Shown here: in pieces, positions 1 through 12,800 of the stretch | Position numbering within the stretch: position 1 is the stretch's first letter | Layout of the letters: each line of letters starts with the position of its first letter | NCBI GenBank assembly: GCA_002269645.1 | Contig: NIVC01001433.1 | Coordinates: 186,001 to 250,000 of the forward strand | Direction of reading: 5' to 3' | Length of the DNA: 64,000 nucleotides | Source: Macrostomum lignano | Taxonomy: Eukaryota | Position numbers and translations under genes: made by a program | Notes under the pieces: generated by a model | What the model was told of the DNA's origin: nothing | Database searches by the model: none | What the model saw: the letters and a program-made list of their open reading frames with translations, nothing else

Positions 1-685
1 CAGTGACTTGAGTTAAACTAAACTTGAGTTTGATGGTTCACTACATAATAAAAACAGGAACCTTAAGACGTGAAAGTGAAAAACATAACTCAAAAAAATG
101 GATTGTTATCAATGTTTCTGAAGCGTTTCTTTGCCGGTAGAGAAGAGAAATCTTGGACATAATCCAAGTTTAATTTGATCATTTCGGGTCAATGGTTTAC
201 CCGGGTCAATTTTTGAAGAACAGTGACTCAAAGACTCAAATGTGGAGGGTCGCCCGTTAAGGACTTGTGTTAGCGCGCGCCTTACCTTTCTACTAACTCA
301 ACTAACTAGACTAAATGGAGTTGTTAAACACGAAATGCGAAAAAGTGCCATCTTATGCACTTTTAGACTGCAACTCAGTGATTCCACAGCGACTCTACGA
401 CTTAGAGTCATTTCAGAGTCGTTTCAAATTGACTTTAGGACGACTCTTTGACGACTTGTACCGTGAGATCTCGTCATTTTACAGTCGTCTAGAGAGTCAC
501 TTCTTTCCTATTTTACCTGTGTTACCTGAAACGACTTTGGGACGCTTCTTGGCCAATTGGTATCGTTTTCATCTGGTCGAACGAGTGACTGCAGAATCAC
601 AAAGACTACTTGTAAATTAGATAATTACCTGGAAAATACCCTCAAGTCTATGATACAAGCAAGACCAGAAAAAGGAAATACGAAC

Positions 686-2114
686 TCAAAAGAAGCTGAC
701 CCCATTCAAACCGCCTGAAACGCTGCTCAACGCTTTCACCACAGCCTCAACAATGGTGTCAGGTTCAGCCATTGCCCCGGCTCCAACTTCTCCGCACATC
801 AATGTTTTAGCCACTACAGGCACTTCAATATAGCCTAAAGTGTTTTTCAATACGGCTACGTGTTTAGCGGTGAGCGGATGCTGGTACATAGCAGAGTTCA
901 TTGCCAGTGCAAATATGATTGGACGGCCGAAGTCGCCAACAGGCCAGGCTCTGGCTATGCAGGTGAGTAGGTTATCGCACAGGCCACATGACAGCTTGGC
1001 CAAGGTGTTGGCGTCCAGCGGTGCCAGCAGCAGCAGGTCCGCCCAGTTGCGCAGGTCGATGTGAACCACCGGGTCGCCGCGCGCCTGACGATGTTATTTG
1101 TTTAAGAGAGAGCGACTGAAGTGTGACCAGAAGTTTTCCCTGAAGCCTTTTATAGAGACTGAGCTGACTAACATAAAGTTTTTTTCTGAAGAGAGCCTTA
1201 AGTTCCTGAAGTATCCGTGGACAGATAGACTGAAGTTAATCCTGAGTTTTTTGCTGAAGTATCCGTAGACAGATGGACTGAAGTTAACCCTGAGTTTTTT
1301 GCTGAAGTATCCGTGGACAGATAGACTGAAGTTAATCCTGAGTTTTTTGCTGAAGTATCCGTAGACAGATGGACTGAAGTAAATCCTGAACTTTTCCTGA
1401 AGTATCCGTGGACAGATAGACTGAAGTAAATCCTGAACTTTTCCTGAAGTACCCGTGGACAGATGGATTGAAGTTAAACCTCAAGTTTCGGAAGTTTTCG
1501 TTGACACACGTACTGAAGTTAAACCCGAAGTTTTTCCTGAAGAGAGTAACTGAAGTTAATCCTGAAGTTTTCGTAGTGGGATGGACGGAAGTTAAATATC
1601 AAGTTCCCGAAGTATAAGAGTGGTAAGAAGGATTGAAATATAACCTGAAGTCTTTTACCTGAAGTGGAGGGAGATTAACTGAAAATAAACCTGAGGTTTT
1701 TCCTGACGTCTTTTAGGTGCGACTAAACCCCAACCTGAAAGTTTTCCTAAAGCTTTCTTGCAGATTTCTTGAAGGATCTGAAGCCTGAAGAATCGCGTAT
1801 AGCACTGACAATGCCTTAATACACAGCTAAAATTACAGCTACATGTAAACAGGGTAAATCAGGAATGCAACCCTGGCCCTGCCAACCTGCCAAGAGGACC
1901 ACTCGTCGCTGTCGCGCCACACTCGAGTGACACCTTCGGGCATGGAGCGATCAGCTCTAGCTAGGAAGTGCTCAGCAGACTGGGTGCACACGACTGCAAC
2001 ATCCAGCCCGCGATCTAGCAGACCCTGGCACATCTGTGGCACCTTGATCGAGGCCACGCTGCCTGTGCAGCCAAGCAATACGCGCCGCTTTCTTTTAGTA
2101 GCAGCTCCAGACAT
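686..2114 (-). CDS. PPCDC: Phosphopantothenoylcysteine decarboxylase (HFCD flavoprotein), 2 exons, 208 aa
   Basis: Exons 2114-1887 and 1084-686, GT-AG intron in phase 0 (WQ|ARGDPVVHIDLRNWAD). Recognisable motifs: RVLLGCTGSVASIK, HIDLRNWADLLLLAPLDANTLAKL, AMNSAMYQHP, LMCGEVGAGAMAE. Confidence 0.96.
1140..1790. repeat. Degenerate ~48-bp tandem repeat (CTGAAGT-rich) in the PPCDC intron
   Basis: Unit GAAGTATCCGTGGACAGATAGACTGAAGTTAATCCTGAGTTTTTTGCT is repeated and decays rightwards. Confidence 0.8.
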
Positions 2115-2247
2115 TGTTGAGCCACTGCGCTCTTCTGCAACAGGCTCAGACTCTGTGTTGTTTGCCTGAAAAGTTTTTTAACACAACCTTGCCTTGAAGA
2201 TGTCACTGTCTTTATGAGCCACATACCACAAGCGCCAATTCTAAAAA

Positions 2248-2965
2248 CCAGTCCCCCAAACACCAACCCCCAAACAAAAGCTCCCGAAACAAAAGCTCCC
2301 GAAACAAAAGCTCCCCAAACACCAGACCCCCAAAAACCAGACCCCCAAACACCAGACCCCCAAAAACCAGACCCCCCAAACACCAGACCCCCAAAAACCA
2401 GACCCCCAAACACCAGACCCCCCAAAAACCAGACCCCCAAACAGCAGACCCCAAACAGCAGACCCCCAAACACCAGACCCCCAAACACCAGACCCCCAAA
2501 AACCAGACCCCCAAAAACCAGACCCCCAAACAGCAGACCCCCAAAAACCAGACCCCCAAACACCAGACCCCCCAAACACCAGACCCCCCCCAAACACCAG
2601 ACCCCCCAAAAACCAGACCCCCAAACAGCAGACCCCCAAAAACCAGACCCCCAAACACCAGACCCCCCAAACACCAGACCCCCCAAACACCAGACCCCAA
2701 ACACCAGACCCCCAAACAGCAGACCCCAAAAACCAGACCCCAAACACCAGACCCCCAAACAGCAGACCCCCAAAAACCAGACCCCCAAACACCAGACCCC
2801 CCAAACACCAGACCCCCAAACACCAGACCCCCAAACACCAGACCCCCAAACACCAGACCCCCAAACACCAGACCCCAAACACCAGACCCCCCAAACACCA
2901 GACCCCCCAAACACCAGACCCCCAAACACCAGACCCCCCAAACACCAGACCCCCAAACACCAACC
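2248..2965. repeat. ~15-bp minisatellite (CCCCCAAACACCAGA)n
   Basis: Directly visible tandem array; it produces the low-complexity ORFs at 2015-2988. Confidence 0.95.
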
Positions 2966-3579
2966 CTAACCATGATCACAGAAAACAATACACAATAAAA
3001 TAAATGAAGTCACAGTGAAGGCTCTATCATAGCAGAAAAAATTTATTACACAGTATGACACTGGTGAATCACATTACTATACAAAAGGCATGCTAAGATG
3101 CAGTTTAGGTGTAACAACTACGATGGCAGCGTGTAATTAGTATTAATTAATTTTTGAATTGCCTCAGCAAAAGTTGAGTAATCCACCAGGTAACTAATAG
3201 TTGACAGGACAGCAAAGCACAAATAAATGACAATGAAAGGGAATAAGCTGTACAAAAATTTATGTAATTAATAATAACGCTTTGAAACTTAGCAGCTTTG
3301 TCTAACAGTATTCTACTAGGCTGACTGCAACTGTCTCAGTATCCATACTTCTGAACCGCGAACATCTTATAAGTAAGTTTAATACAAGATGGAACGATTG
3401 CATAATAGGCCATAATTTTTCCCAAAGAATAATAAAAAACATAGGGGTGCCAGAAGGAAATTAGTTATACGAATGAAGAAATAAGCTTAAAAGCTAGGAT
3501 TAGCTATTATTCAAAATAATAGGCGAGTGTTATGAACAAGAGGAGAAAATCAGACCGGTAATTGACGGAGACTGAGCCA

Positions 3580-4020
3580 GACAGACACGAGAGATTAGAA
3601 GTGAGAGATAAGACAAACAAGGCTAAGAGATAAAGCAGACAGGTGAGAGATGAGACAGACAGGTGAGAGATAAGACAGGAGAGACATGAGACAGGTGAGA
3701 GATAAGACAGGAGAGACATGAGACAGGTGAGAGATAAGACAGGTGAGAGATGAGACAGGTGAGAGATAAGACAGGAGAGACATGAGACAGGAGAGACATG
3801 AGACAGGAGAGACATGAGACAGGTGAGAGATAAGACAGGAGAGACATGAGACAGGAGAGACATGAGACAGGTGAGAGATAAGACAGGAGAGACATGAGAC
3901 AGGAGAGACATGAGACAGGTGAGAGATAAGACAGGAGAGACATAAGACAGGAGAGACATGAGACAGGAGAGACATGAGACAGGTGAGAGATGAGACAGGT
4001 GAGAGATAAGACAGAACATA
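3580..4020. repeat. ~15-bp GAGACAGG(T/A)GAGA(G/C)AT(A/G)A minisatellite downstream of SNRNP40
   Basis: Visible tandem array; it explains the spurious ORFs at 3507-4053. Confidence 0.9.
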
Positions 4021-4089
4021 TAATAGACACAGGACAGGTCGACAAAGTGCCAATAAAACTGGGAGTCTATCTAAGCCTGATCATAATTG

Positions 4090-5536
4090 TCAAGGTTCGA
4101 TCTCGCCCAGGTAGACTTTCTTATCGCTGCCAACAGACATAATAATCGGCTCCTTGGGATGAAAATGAGTCTCATTAACCGAGCCGGTGTGGCCAGGCAG
4201 TTTGTACACAACTTGCCGGCTAGCGCAGTCCCACACGTACACGAATCGATCCGACGAGCCGCAGGTGACCCGGCGCCCGTCCGGTTGCCAGGCGCAGCGC
4301 AACAGATTCTGCTCAAAGCTGTGCCGATGACCCGACAGGATTTTCAAGCAACGATCCTGCGACGCGTACGGCCGAATGTCCCAGACTCGCAGGCTGGCGT
4401 CCATGCCGTTAGACAGTAGATAGTTGCCATCCGGGCTCAGCGCCAGCCCGGTCACCGTGTCGCTGTGACCTCTCAGTCGCATAGTGCAAGCGCTTCGGCG
4501 CAGATCCCAGGCCTGGATTGAGTTGTCAATGCCGCCAGAGTAGACCAGCTCGCCCGTGTCGCCGAAGGCTACGCTGGTGACGGCGTTGCCGGAATCGAAG
4601 CTGTGCGTGTGGCCGCGGACTCGCCGATCCCACAGCCGGATGGTGCCGTCGTCGCTGCCGGTGCACAGCAGCTGGGGACCGCGGCGGACAACGTCGACAC
4701 TGTTGATCAGCTTCTCGTGGCCTGCGGAATGACCATTTGGCAATATTTGAAGTGAACAGAGGTCGTTTGAAAACAAAATAACTGAGGTAATTTAATTAAG
4801 GCAATAAAGGTGAAACAATTAATTAAATGAAACTAAATAGCGAACAAATTAAATATAAGACAGGTGGGTCAATTAAAGATAAATAAAATTGAATCATTAA
4901 AAAAAGAAAGGTGAGATAATTAATGATAATAAAGGTGAGTCAATTAAAGATAAATAAAGCTTAACTATTAAAAGATAAAAAAGGCAAGGTAATAAACCGT
5001 ATGATAAGAAAGGTGAGTGATCAATTAAGATAAGAAACGTGAGTCAATCGAAGACATTCTAATTGGACACAGGTGAGCAAAGACGCACCTTTAAGCCTCT
5101 TGATCCGCAGCCCGGCCTCCAGATCCCACAAAGCGGCAGTCTTGTCGCTGGCCGCCGACACCAGAGTCTCGCCATCCGTGGTGAACTTCAACTCCAGAAT
5201 AGCCCCGCCGTGGCCAGTGAGCACGGCAAGGTTCTCGCACTCGTCATAAACTGTCCACAGGAAAATTTTACGTTCGTAGCCGGCCGTAGCCAAAATGGAA
5301 CCGGTCGGAGAGAACTTGCCGCAGTAGATCTCGCCTTCGTGACCAGTTAGCAGCATGATCGGCGCGTGCAGAGACGACGTTCTTGACGGGCCAGCCGAAA
5401 CCAGGCGCTTGTTGTTGGCCGAGCCACCGTGTTGAATCAGTTCGCCAGCTGTGCGAGCCTGCTTGGCTGGCACAACAGATAAGGCCGCCGATTGGGCAGC
5501 TGGACGCTTCATCGGATTGTCGGCCGCTGATGCCAT
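4090..5536 (-). CDS. SNRNP40: U5 snRNP 40 kDa WD40 protein, 2 coding exons, 359 aa
   Basis: Exons 5536-5089 and 4721-4090, GT-AG in phase 1 (RLKG|HEKLINS). Motifs SSLHAPIMLLTGHEGEIY, RRGPQLLCTGSDDGT, HSFEQNLLRCAW and YKLPGHTGSVNE match the SNRNP40 family. A probable 51-nt 5'UTR intron lies at 5598-5548. Confidence 0.96.
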
Positions 5537-5659
5537 GGTGATTAATGCTGCATGAATCATAACGAATATTTATATTTAGAATATGAGCAATATTTTACCT
5601 GCAGATATTGAGTCGTACCTAACAGATCAAGATAATTGACGAGTCTTACTGAGATCAAT

Positions 5660-5810
5660 TAATGAGTCAGATTGAGAAGGAATGAGTCAGACTGCGATAG
5701 AATCTGACTCAGGTGTAGATAGCTGATAGTGATGAGTCAGACTAAGATAGCTGATGAGTCAGACTAAGATAGCTGATGAGTCAGACTAAGATAGCTGATG
5801 AGTCAGACTA
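5660..5810. promoter_or_regulatory. Cluster of 7 TGA(G/C)TCA (AP-1-type) motifs, partly a 22-bp tandem repeat
   Basis: TGAGTCA at about 5663, 5683, 5733, 5755, 5777 and 5799, and TGACTCA at 5705, just upstream of the SNRNP40 5'UTR. Regulatory function is not shown. Confidence 0.35.
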
Positions 5811-6409
5811 AAATATTTAAAGTGTCAGGATAACACAGTTCAGAAGTCAAAGCAGTCAGATAGAGATTCGACTAAAGACTTGTATCAGTTCGGTAAACAA
5901 TCCTACACTAAAAACAACATTTCTTAAACGGACGAGTACTTAGCAAAAACAATGAAATCATCTGAAACCTTGGTGATTATTAGTATATATTATGATCCAA
6001 TGTTAATTAGCATTCTGTTCTAAACTGCACTGATGAATATACATAGTTAACATAGCTATCACATAAAATGTACATAAGCACTATGAGCAGTGACATTAAC
6101 AAATGACAATTATTATAACAAACACCAAAAAGCATTTTAAGTCAAACAAAATTCAAAATAAGGGGGCACAGATGATTAGATTGCAATATAATTGATTAGT
6201 GTAAGCAGAATACGGAAGACTATGCATAATTAATATTCTATAATTTTTAATCAACGACAAGCACTGTTTTTGCAGGTAAAAATTATACATTGAATTAATT
6301 AGCAACAGAAAATATCCGACACCAGATGTTATTGAAACAAAAATTTGGGAAACCCTATAATAAACTTACATCTTTAGGTTTTTAATTAACGATTTTTTGT
6401 AGATTAGGG

Positions 6410-6717
6410 GCGATTCTGATTGGCTAGCGGATTAACAAGGGCGATTTTCATTGGATAGCGAATCAAGGGCGATTCTCATTGGCTAGCGAATCAAGGGCGA
6501 TTCTCATTGGCTAGAGGATCAAGGGTGATTCTCATTGGCTAGCGGATCAAGGGCGATTCTCATTGGCTAGCGGATCAAGGGGGACTCTCATTGGCTAGCG
6601 AATCAAGGGCGATTCTCATTGGCTAGCGAATCAAGGGCGATTCTCATTGGCTAGCGGATCAAGGGTGATTCTCATTGGCCATCGAATCAAGGGCGATTCT
6701 CATTGACTAGCGGATCA
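6410..6717. repeat. 28-bp minisatellite x~11, each unit containing a CCAAT box
   Basis: Unit TTCTCATTGGCTAGCG(A/G)ATCAAGGGCGA, with ATTGG recurring every 28 bp. Confidence 0.92.
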
Positions 6718-6853
6718 ATAGGGGCAGCTCTAAAAATTCTTTCAGGGACGGATTTGGATGTGACGTAATTCTTACATTAATATTTAATAACCATGCAGTC
6801 AGTTAGACCAGAAAGCACAGTCAGCGCAGCGATGCAATCTCAAAAAAATCAAA

Positions 6854-9800
6854 TCACAGCATTCTCAACAGCGCGGCCGCATTATCCCAAGTTCTCAATC
6901 CGGGATGACAGCCTCCGCCTCGCTGCTCCATCATCAGCCACGCGGCTTCCGGTTGACAACCGGCCGTTCTTAACTGTTCGATAGTTTGAGCCAGCCGATT
7001 CGAAGATTTCGAGCTTGGATCGGCAAGCAGCCGGGACACGAACTGAGGATACAGACAGGAGCCTGGGAGTTTGCCAGCAAGACCTGCATCAACCAGTGAC
7101 AGCAGCGTGTCAGACCGCAGAGCTGGCGCCGGTTCGGCAGATTCACAGGCCGTCAGGAAACTGTCAATGAGACTGCCGGCAGACAATCGGGCAATTGTAC
7201 AAGCGGAGTCCCAATCTCTACTGGCTTGGTCGTCTTCTAGAAGACAGATTTCGTAGGCTCGATTGTACACCTCCGGTGGCCATAGCAACAGCTGTTGCTG
7301 AGAAGACTCTTCGTCTTGTTCCAGCTGTTGCTGCTGAATAGCCCTAGCAACGGCTAGATCGCGACCAGCCTGACCCAGTCTGCCGCAGGCGTCGAGCCAA
7401 GCAAGCCAAGCTGGGGTTAAATAATTAGTTGCCACCCGCTGCTGTTGAGCTTCGCTACTGCAGGGTGGCCACAGAGCCAGCAGGTCGCCCATGCCCGACA
7501 CCTGTAGAAGCGTTTTAATGGGTTTCAGTTAAGTAGCATTGAGTAATTACAGAATTCCAGAAAATCAAACAGTATTACAGACTCACAGAACATCGAACAG
7601 AACCCAGACAGCCATTACAGACTGATAGAACATTAAAAAACAGCACAAAGAGATTACAGAAGGATAGAAAGAATATCGAACAGCACACTGACATTACAGA
7701 CTGACAAAACATCAAAACAGCACACTGACATTACAGACTGACAGAACATCAAAACAGCACACTGACATTACAGACTGATAGAACATCAAAACAGCACACT
7801 GACATTACAGACTGACAGAACATCAAAACAGCACACTGACATTACAGACTGACAGAACATCAAACAGCACACTGACATCACAGACTGATAGAACATCAAA
7901 CAGCACACTGACATTACAGACTGATAGAACATCTAACAGCACACTGACATTACAGACTGATAGAATATCAAACAAAATAAGTTAAATAAATACAAAAAAA
8001 CAGAAAAACAGAAACAAACCTGCTCCAGAGTCCGGCACTCCTGCATCAATTGGACAAACTTTTCACACCTGGCCGACTCAGACTCCAACAATTGACTAGC
8101 GGTGATGCCACAAGAATCGGGTAGCAACCTAGTCAAGCATTCAACAGCGTGCTCGGCTAGCAGAGGCAACAGCCGGTCGCCCGACAGTTCAAAATAATTA
8201 GCTAGAAAATCTAGCACAGACAAGCGCCTGTCAGCTGATAGAGTTTGCCCGGAGCCGAGACAGTCTTTCAACGCTGCCAACACTGGCGCATCGTTGATAG
8301 CAGCAGCCAGAGACGACTGCAGCGGCTCTCGCAATTCATCTAGCAGACTGGACAGGCCAATAATCCAATCGGCGTCTTCGTTAGCTTCGCAAATTCTTTT
8401 ACGTACAGCGAATCGAAGTAGATTGGACACGTCTGCGCCAGTCAGCTTGGCCACCTCGGCAACAGCTAGAGTGGACTCCAGCGGTACAGACTGGTCGGTT
8501 AGCAGGCGCTCGATCAGCTGTTCAGCGTCGGAGCGATCCGGACCCAGTGCCGCTGCAGCCGCCGCGATGGAGCTACTGCTGCTAGAAGATTGTTGCAGCA
8601 GCAGAGGCAGCAGACGTTCGCGAACTGAACGGGCGTGCTGCAGCCAGGACGAAGCGGTCTCGGCAGCTGCTGGCCAATTAGTTGAGTCTGCTGGCCCTGC
8701 CGCTGCCGCTTCCGCTGAATCAGCTTCTACTGATGCTGAACGCTCTGAAAAGTTTAATTTTAACTTAAAAGTTTAATTTAAAGATACGCAAAAATGGCCG
8801 TATACATGAAAGGATTGAGCAATCGGTGCGGTAGAGATCAAAGAATTGAGCAATCTGTGCGGTAAAGATCAAAGGATTGAGCAATCGGTGCGGTAGAGAT
8901 CAAAGAATTGAGCAATCGGTGCGGTAGAGATCAAAGGATTGAGCAATCGGTGCGGTAGAGATCAAAGAATTGAGCAATCGGTGCGGTAGAGATCAAAGGA
9001 TTGAGCGATCGGTGCGGTAGAGATCAAAGGATTGAGCAACCGGTGCGGTAGAGATCAAAGGATTGAGCAATCGGTGCTGTAGAGATCAAAGGATTGAGCG
9101 ATCGGTGCTGTAGAGATCAAAGGATTGAGCAATCGGTGCGGTAGAGATCAAAGGATTGAGCAATCGGTGCGGTAGAGATCAAAGGATTGAGCAATCGGTG
9201 CGGTAGAGATCAAAGGATTGAGCAATCGGTGCGGTAGAGATCAAAGAATTGAGCAATCGGTGCGGTAGAGATCAAAGAATTGAGCAATCGGTGCGATAGA
9301 TATCAAAGAATTCAGCAATCTGTGCTGTAGAGATCAAAGGATTGAGCAATCGGTGCGGTAGAGATCAAAGGATTGAGCAATCGGTGCGGTAGAGATCAAA
9401 GGATTGAGCGATCGGTGCGGTAGAGATCAAAGGATTGCGCGATCGGTGCGGTAGAGATCAAAGGATTGCGCGATCGGTGCGGTAGAGATCAAAGGATTGA
9501 GCAATCGGTGCGGTAGAGATCAAAGGATTGAGCGATCGGTGCGGTAGAGATCAAAGGATTGAGCAATCGGTGCGGTAGAGAACAAAATAATAAAACACTA
9601 AGTTGTATCTATCGGTTAAAACAGGTGTGAGAACCGAGCTTCACCTTTCTGCTGCTGCTGTTTGCGCTTCCCAGATGCCTGTTGCGACTGGTTAGACGAT
9701 GAAGACTGCTGCTGAGCTTGTTGCTTGCAAAATTTCACCGCGCGTCGAAGGATTTCTAATCGGGCATCGGCTGGCACGGACTCAGAGCGCGCACCTGGAA

Positions 9801-12800
9801 TTGAGAAGGTTTCTTTAGGAAGTAGATTGACAAAAAACTACTAAGTGATACCCCTGTCAGGTGTGATTATTATCACACCTGTTGTTCAATGAGTGCACGC
9901 TTGTGTCACACCTGTTGTCTATGAGTACACGCTTGTGTCACACCTGTTGTTAATGATTACGCACTTGTGTCACACCTGTTGTCTATGAGTACACGCTTGT
10001 GTCACACCTGTTGTTAATGATTACGCACTTGTGTCACACCTGTTGTCTATGAGTACACGCTTGTGTCACACCTGTTGTTAATGTTGACCATGTTTGTGTT
10101 GTGCTTAAGGAGTGCGCCCTTCCACGCTTGCAAGTAGGACACAGTAAAAGGTAAATAACTAACCGAAAGCAACGCTTCGTAGAAATCCCAGATAATCGAC
10201 AGGGTCCAGTCTAGTCAAATTTGGCGAACAGGCCTCGTACCGATGCAGCCAATTCACTTCGCCCTCGCCCTCGCCCTCGCCATCGCCCAGAACAGTCGAC
10301 CAATCCAGCGCGCATAAACGGCGCCAGGCCGAAGCCCGACGCTTGGCGCCAATTTAGCCAACGTGCCAACATTCTGCGGAGTCAAGGCCGGAGCTAGAAC
10401 TTTGTCAAGCACGTCGGCACCGGCGTCGGCTTGTCGATCTTCGCCGGCAACAATTAGGCGACGATAGTCGAGACCGCGAGTGCCGGCCGAGTGCAGCTTT
10501 CGTAGAGTTTTGCAGTGCCAATCGGCGGTGCGGCCTGCAGCGCAGACGGCTTCGCCGGGTAATAAACTGTAAAAGTACATCAGCTTGGCCAGGTCGGTGC
10601 CGTCCAGGGTCGGATAGACGATAGTTAAAAGTAGACGCTGAAATTCGTCAGGCTGCGAACGCAGGCTGGGTAGCAACGGCTCCAGACTGGAACGGAGGCT
10701 GTCCAACGGTACAACCGATTGCGACTCAGAGAACAGGTGCTCCAGGTGGGTGGCGCACACCTCCCAGTCCGATATGGAGTATCTGGATTGATGCCACGGG
10801 ATAAATGGGATTGGTTGAGATTAGAGAGCGCTACTGCAGCTATTCGAATACTAACATTTAACTCCTTACAACTATTCAATCTGCTTACAGGCTTTATCCG
10901 CACTCATTCACTGACCATGCAGATCCATCTTCCTCCTACAGACTGCAGTACTCCCCCCCACTAGATTCTATCCGCCCCCACTAGAACTCATCTGCCCTCC
11001 ACTACAGACACCATCCACCCCACTACAGACTTCATCCGCCCCAACTACAGACTCCATCCGCTCCTCCCTCCTACAAACTCCATTCACACTCCACTATAGA
11101 CTCATCCGCTCCCCACTACAGACCCATCCGCCCCCACAACAGACCCATCCGCCTCCACTACAGACTCAATCCGCCCTCCACTACAGACTCAATCCGCCCT
11201 CCACTACAGACCCATCCGCCCCCACTACAGACTCAGTCCGCCCTCCACTACAGACTCAATCCGCCCTCCACTACAGACTCAATCCACCCTCCACTACAGA
11301 GTCAATCCGCCCTCCACTACAGACTCAATCCGCCCTCCACTACAGACTCAATCTGCCCTCCACTACAGACTCAATCCACCCTCCACTACAGAGTCAATCC
11401 GCCCTCCACTACAGACTCAATCCGCCCTCCACTACAGACTCAATCTGCCCTACACTACAGACTCAATCCGCCCTCCACTACAGAGTCAATCCGCCCTCCA
11501 CTACAGACTCAATCCGCCCTCCACTACAGACCCATCCGCCCCCACTACAGACTCAATCCGCCCTCCACTACAGACTCAATCCGCCCTCCACTACAGACTC
11601 AATCCGCCCTCGACTACAGAGTCAATCCGCCCTCCACTACAGACTCAATCCGCCCTCCACTACAGACCCATCCGCCCACTACAGACTCAATCCGCCCTCC
11701 ACTACAGACCCATCCGCCCCCACTACAGACTCAATCCGCCCTCCACTACAGACCAATCCGCCCTCCACTACAGACTCAATCCGCCCTCCACTACAGACCC
11801 ATCCGCCCCCACTACAGACTCAATCCGCCCTCCACTACAGACTCAATCCGCCTTCCACTACAGACTCAATCCGCCCTCCACTACAGACTCAATCCGCCCT
11901 CCACTACAGAGTCAATCCGCCCTCCACTACAGACTCAATCCGCCCTCCACTACAGACTCAATCCGCCCTCCACTACAGACTCCATCCGCTCCCACTACAG
12001 AATCTTATATCCGCCCTGCCCCCTAAATGTCCACACGGACTCCGCACTCAGTGAGCATACCTAGCAGCCAGAGCCCTGGCCAAGTCCAGCTGTTTAGCAT
12101 CGGCAGTCATAGCCAATCCCAGCACAGTGTCAGTTCGATAATCGGCATCGCTAGCGAATCGCTGCAGGCTTACACTGGGACAGGTGTCACTTAATCTACT
12201 AGCCAGGTCGCAGTCGGCTAACAGACTTTCGCATTTTCGGAACTCGTCTATTAAAACACTGTCATTGTCTGTGTCTTCTGCTTCAGCAGCCGCGGTATTT
12301 GCCAACTGTAGAAGAGACTTAGCAACGGCATAGATACGACCGGGGCGAAGTTGGCGACCAATCAAATCGAGCGGACGATGCTGCCAATTTTGCTGTTCCA
12401 CGCTTTGACAAGATTGCGCCTCTGTTTGCTTCTTTTTCTGCTGCTGCAGGCGTTTGGCAGCGGTTTTTGCAGGTTCTGCAGAGGTTAAAGCAAGCGGTAT
12501 AATATGATTCAATTTCTCAATTTCGATTTTGACCAATTTTATGGCTCTAATTTATTAGAGCCAGATAAAGAACCTTGCTAATGGTTGCGGACCAGATGAG
12601 AGAGAATAGAGGAGAGAGGAGATGAGAGATAGAAGAGAGGAAGTAAGAGAGCTAAGAAAAGACACAAGCCTTGAGAGAACAGGATTGCTATTTTTTGAAG
12701 TTTTAAAGGACCGCGGGCCGTATAGAGAGGCTCAATGTGAATCGCCCAACAAGCTCGCTCCCCCGCCCCACTAAGCTTCGCGCAAGAGCACAAAATCAAA

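Noticed and set aside
242-620. Plus-strand ORFs of 69 and 101 aa
   Set aside because: They lie in GACT/GAGTC-rich degenerate sequence downstream of PPCDC with no recognisable domain.
2015-4053. Long ORFs (GGLVF, RPPNT, HLSPV repeats)
   Set aside because: Translations of minisatellites, open in several frames and on both strands.
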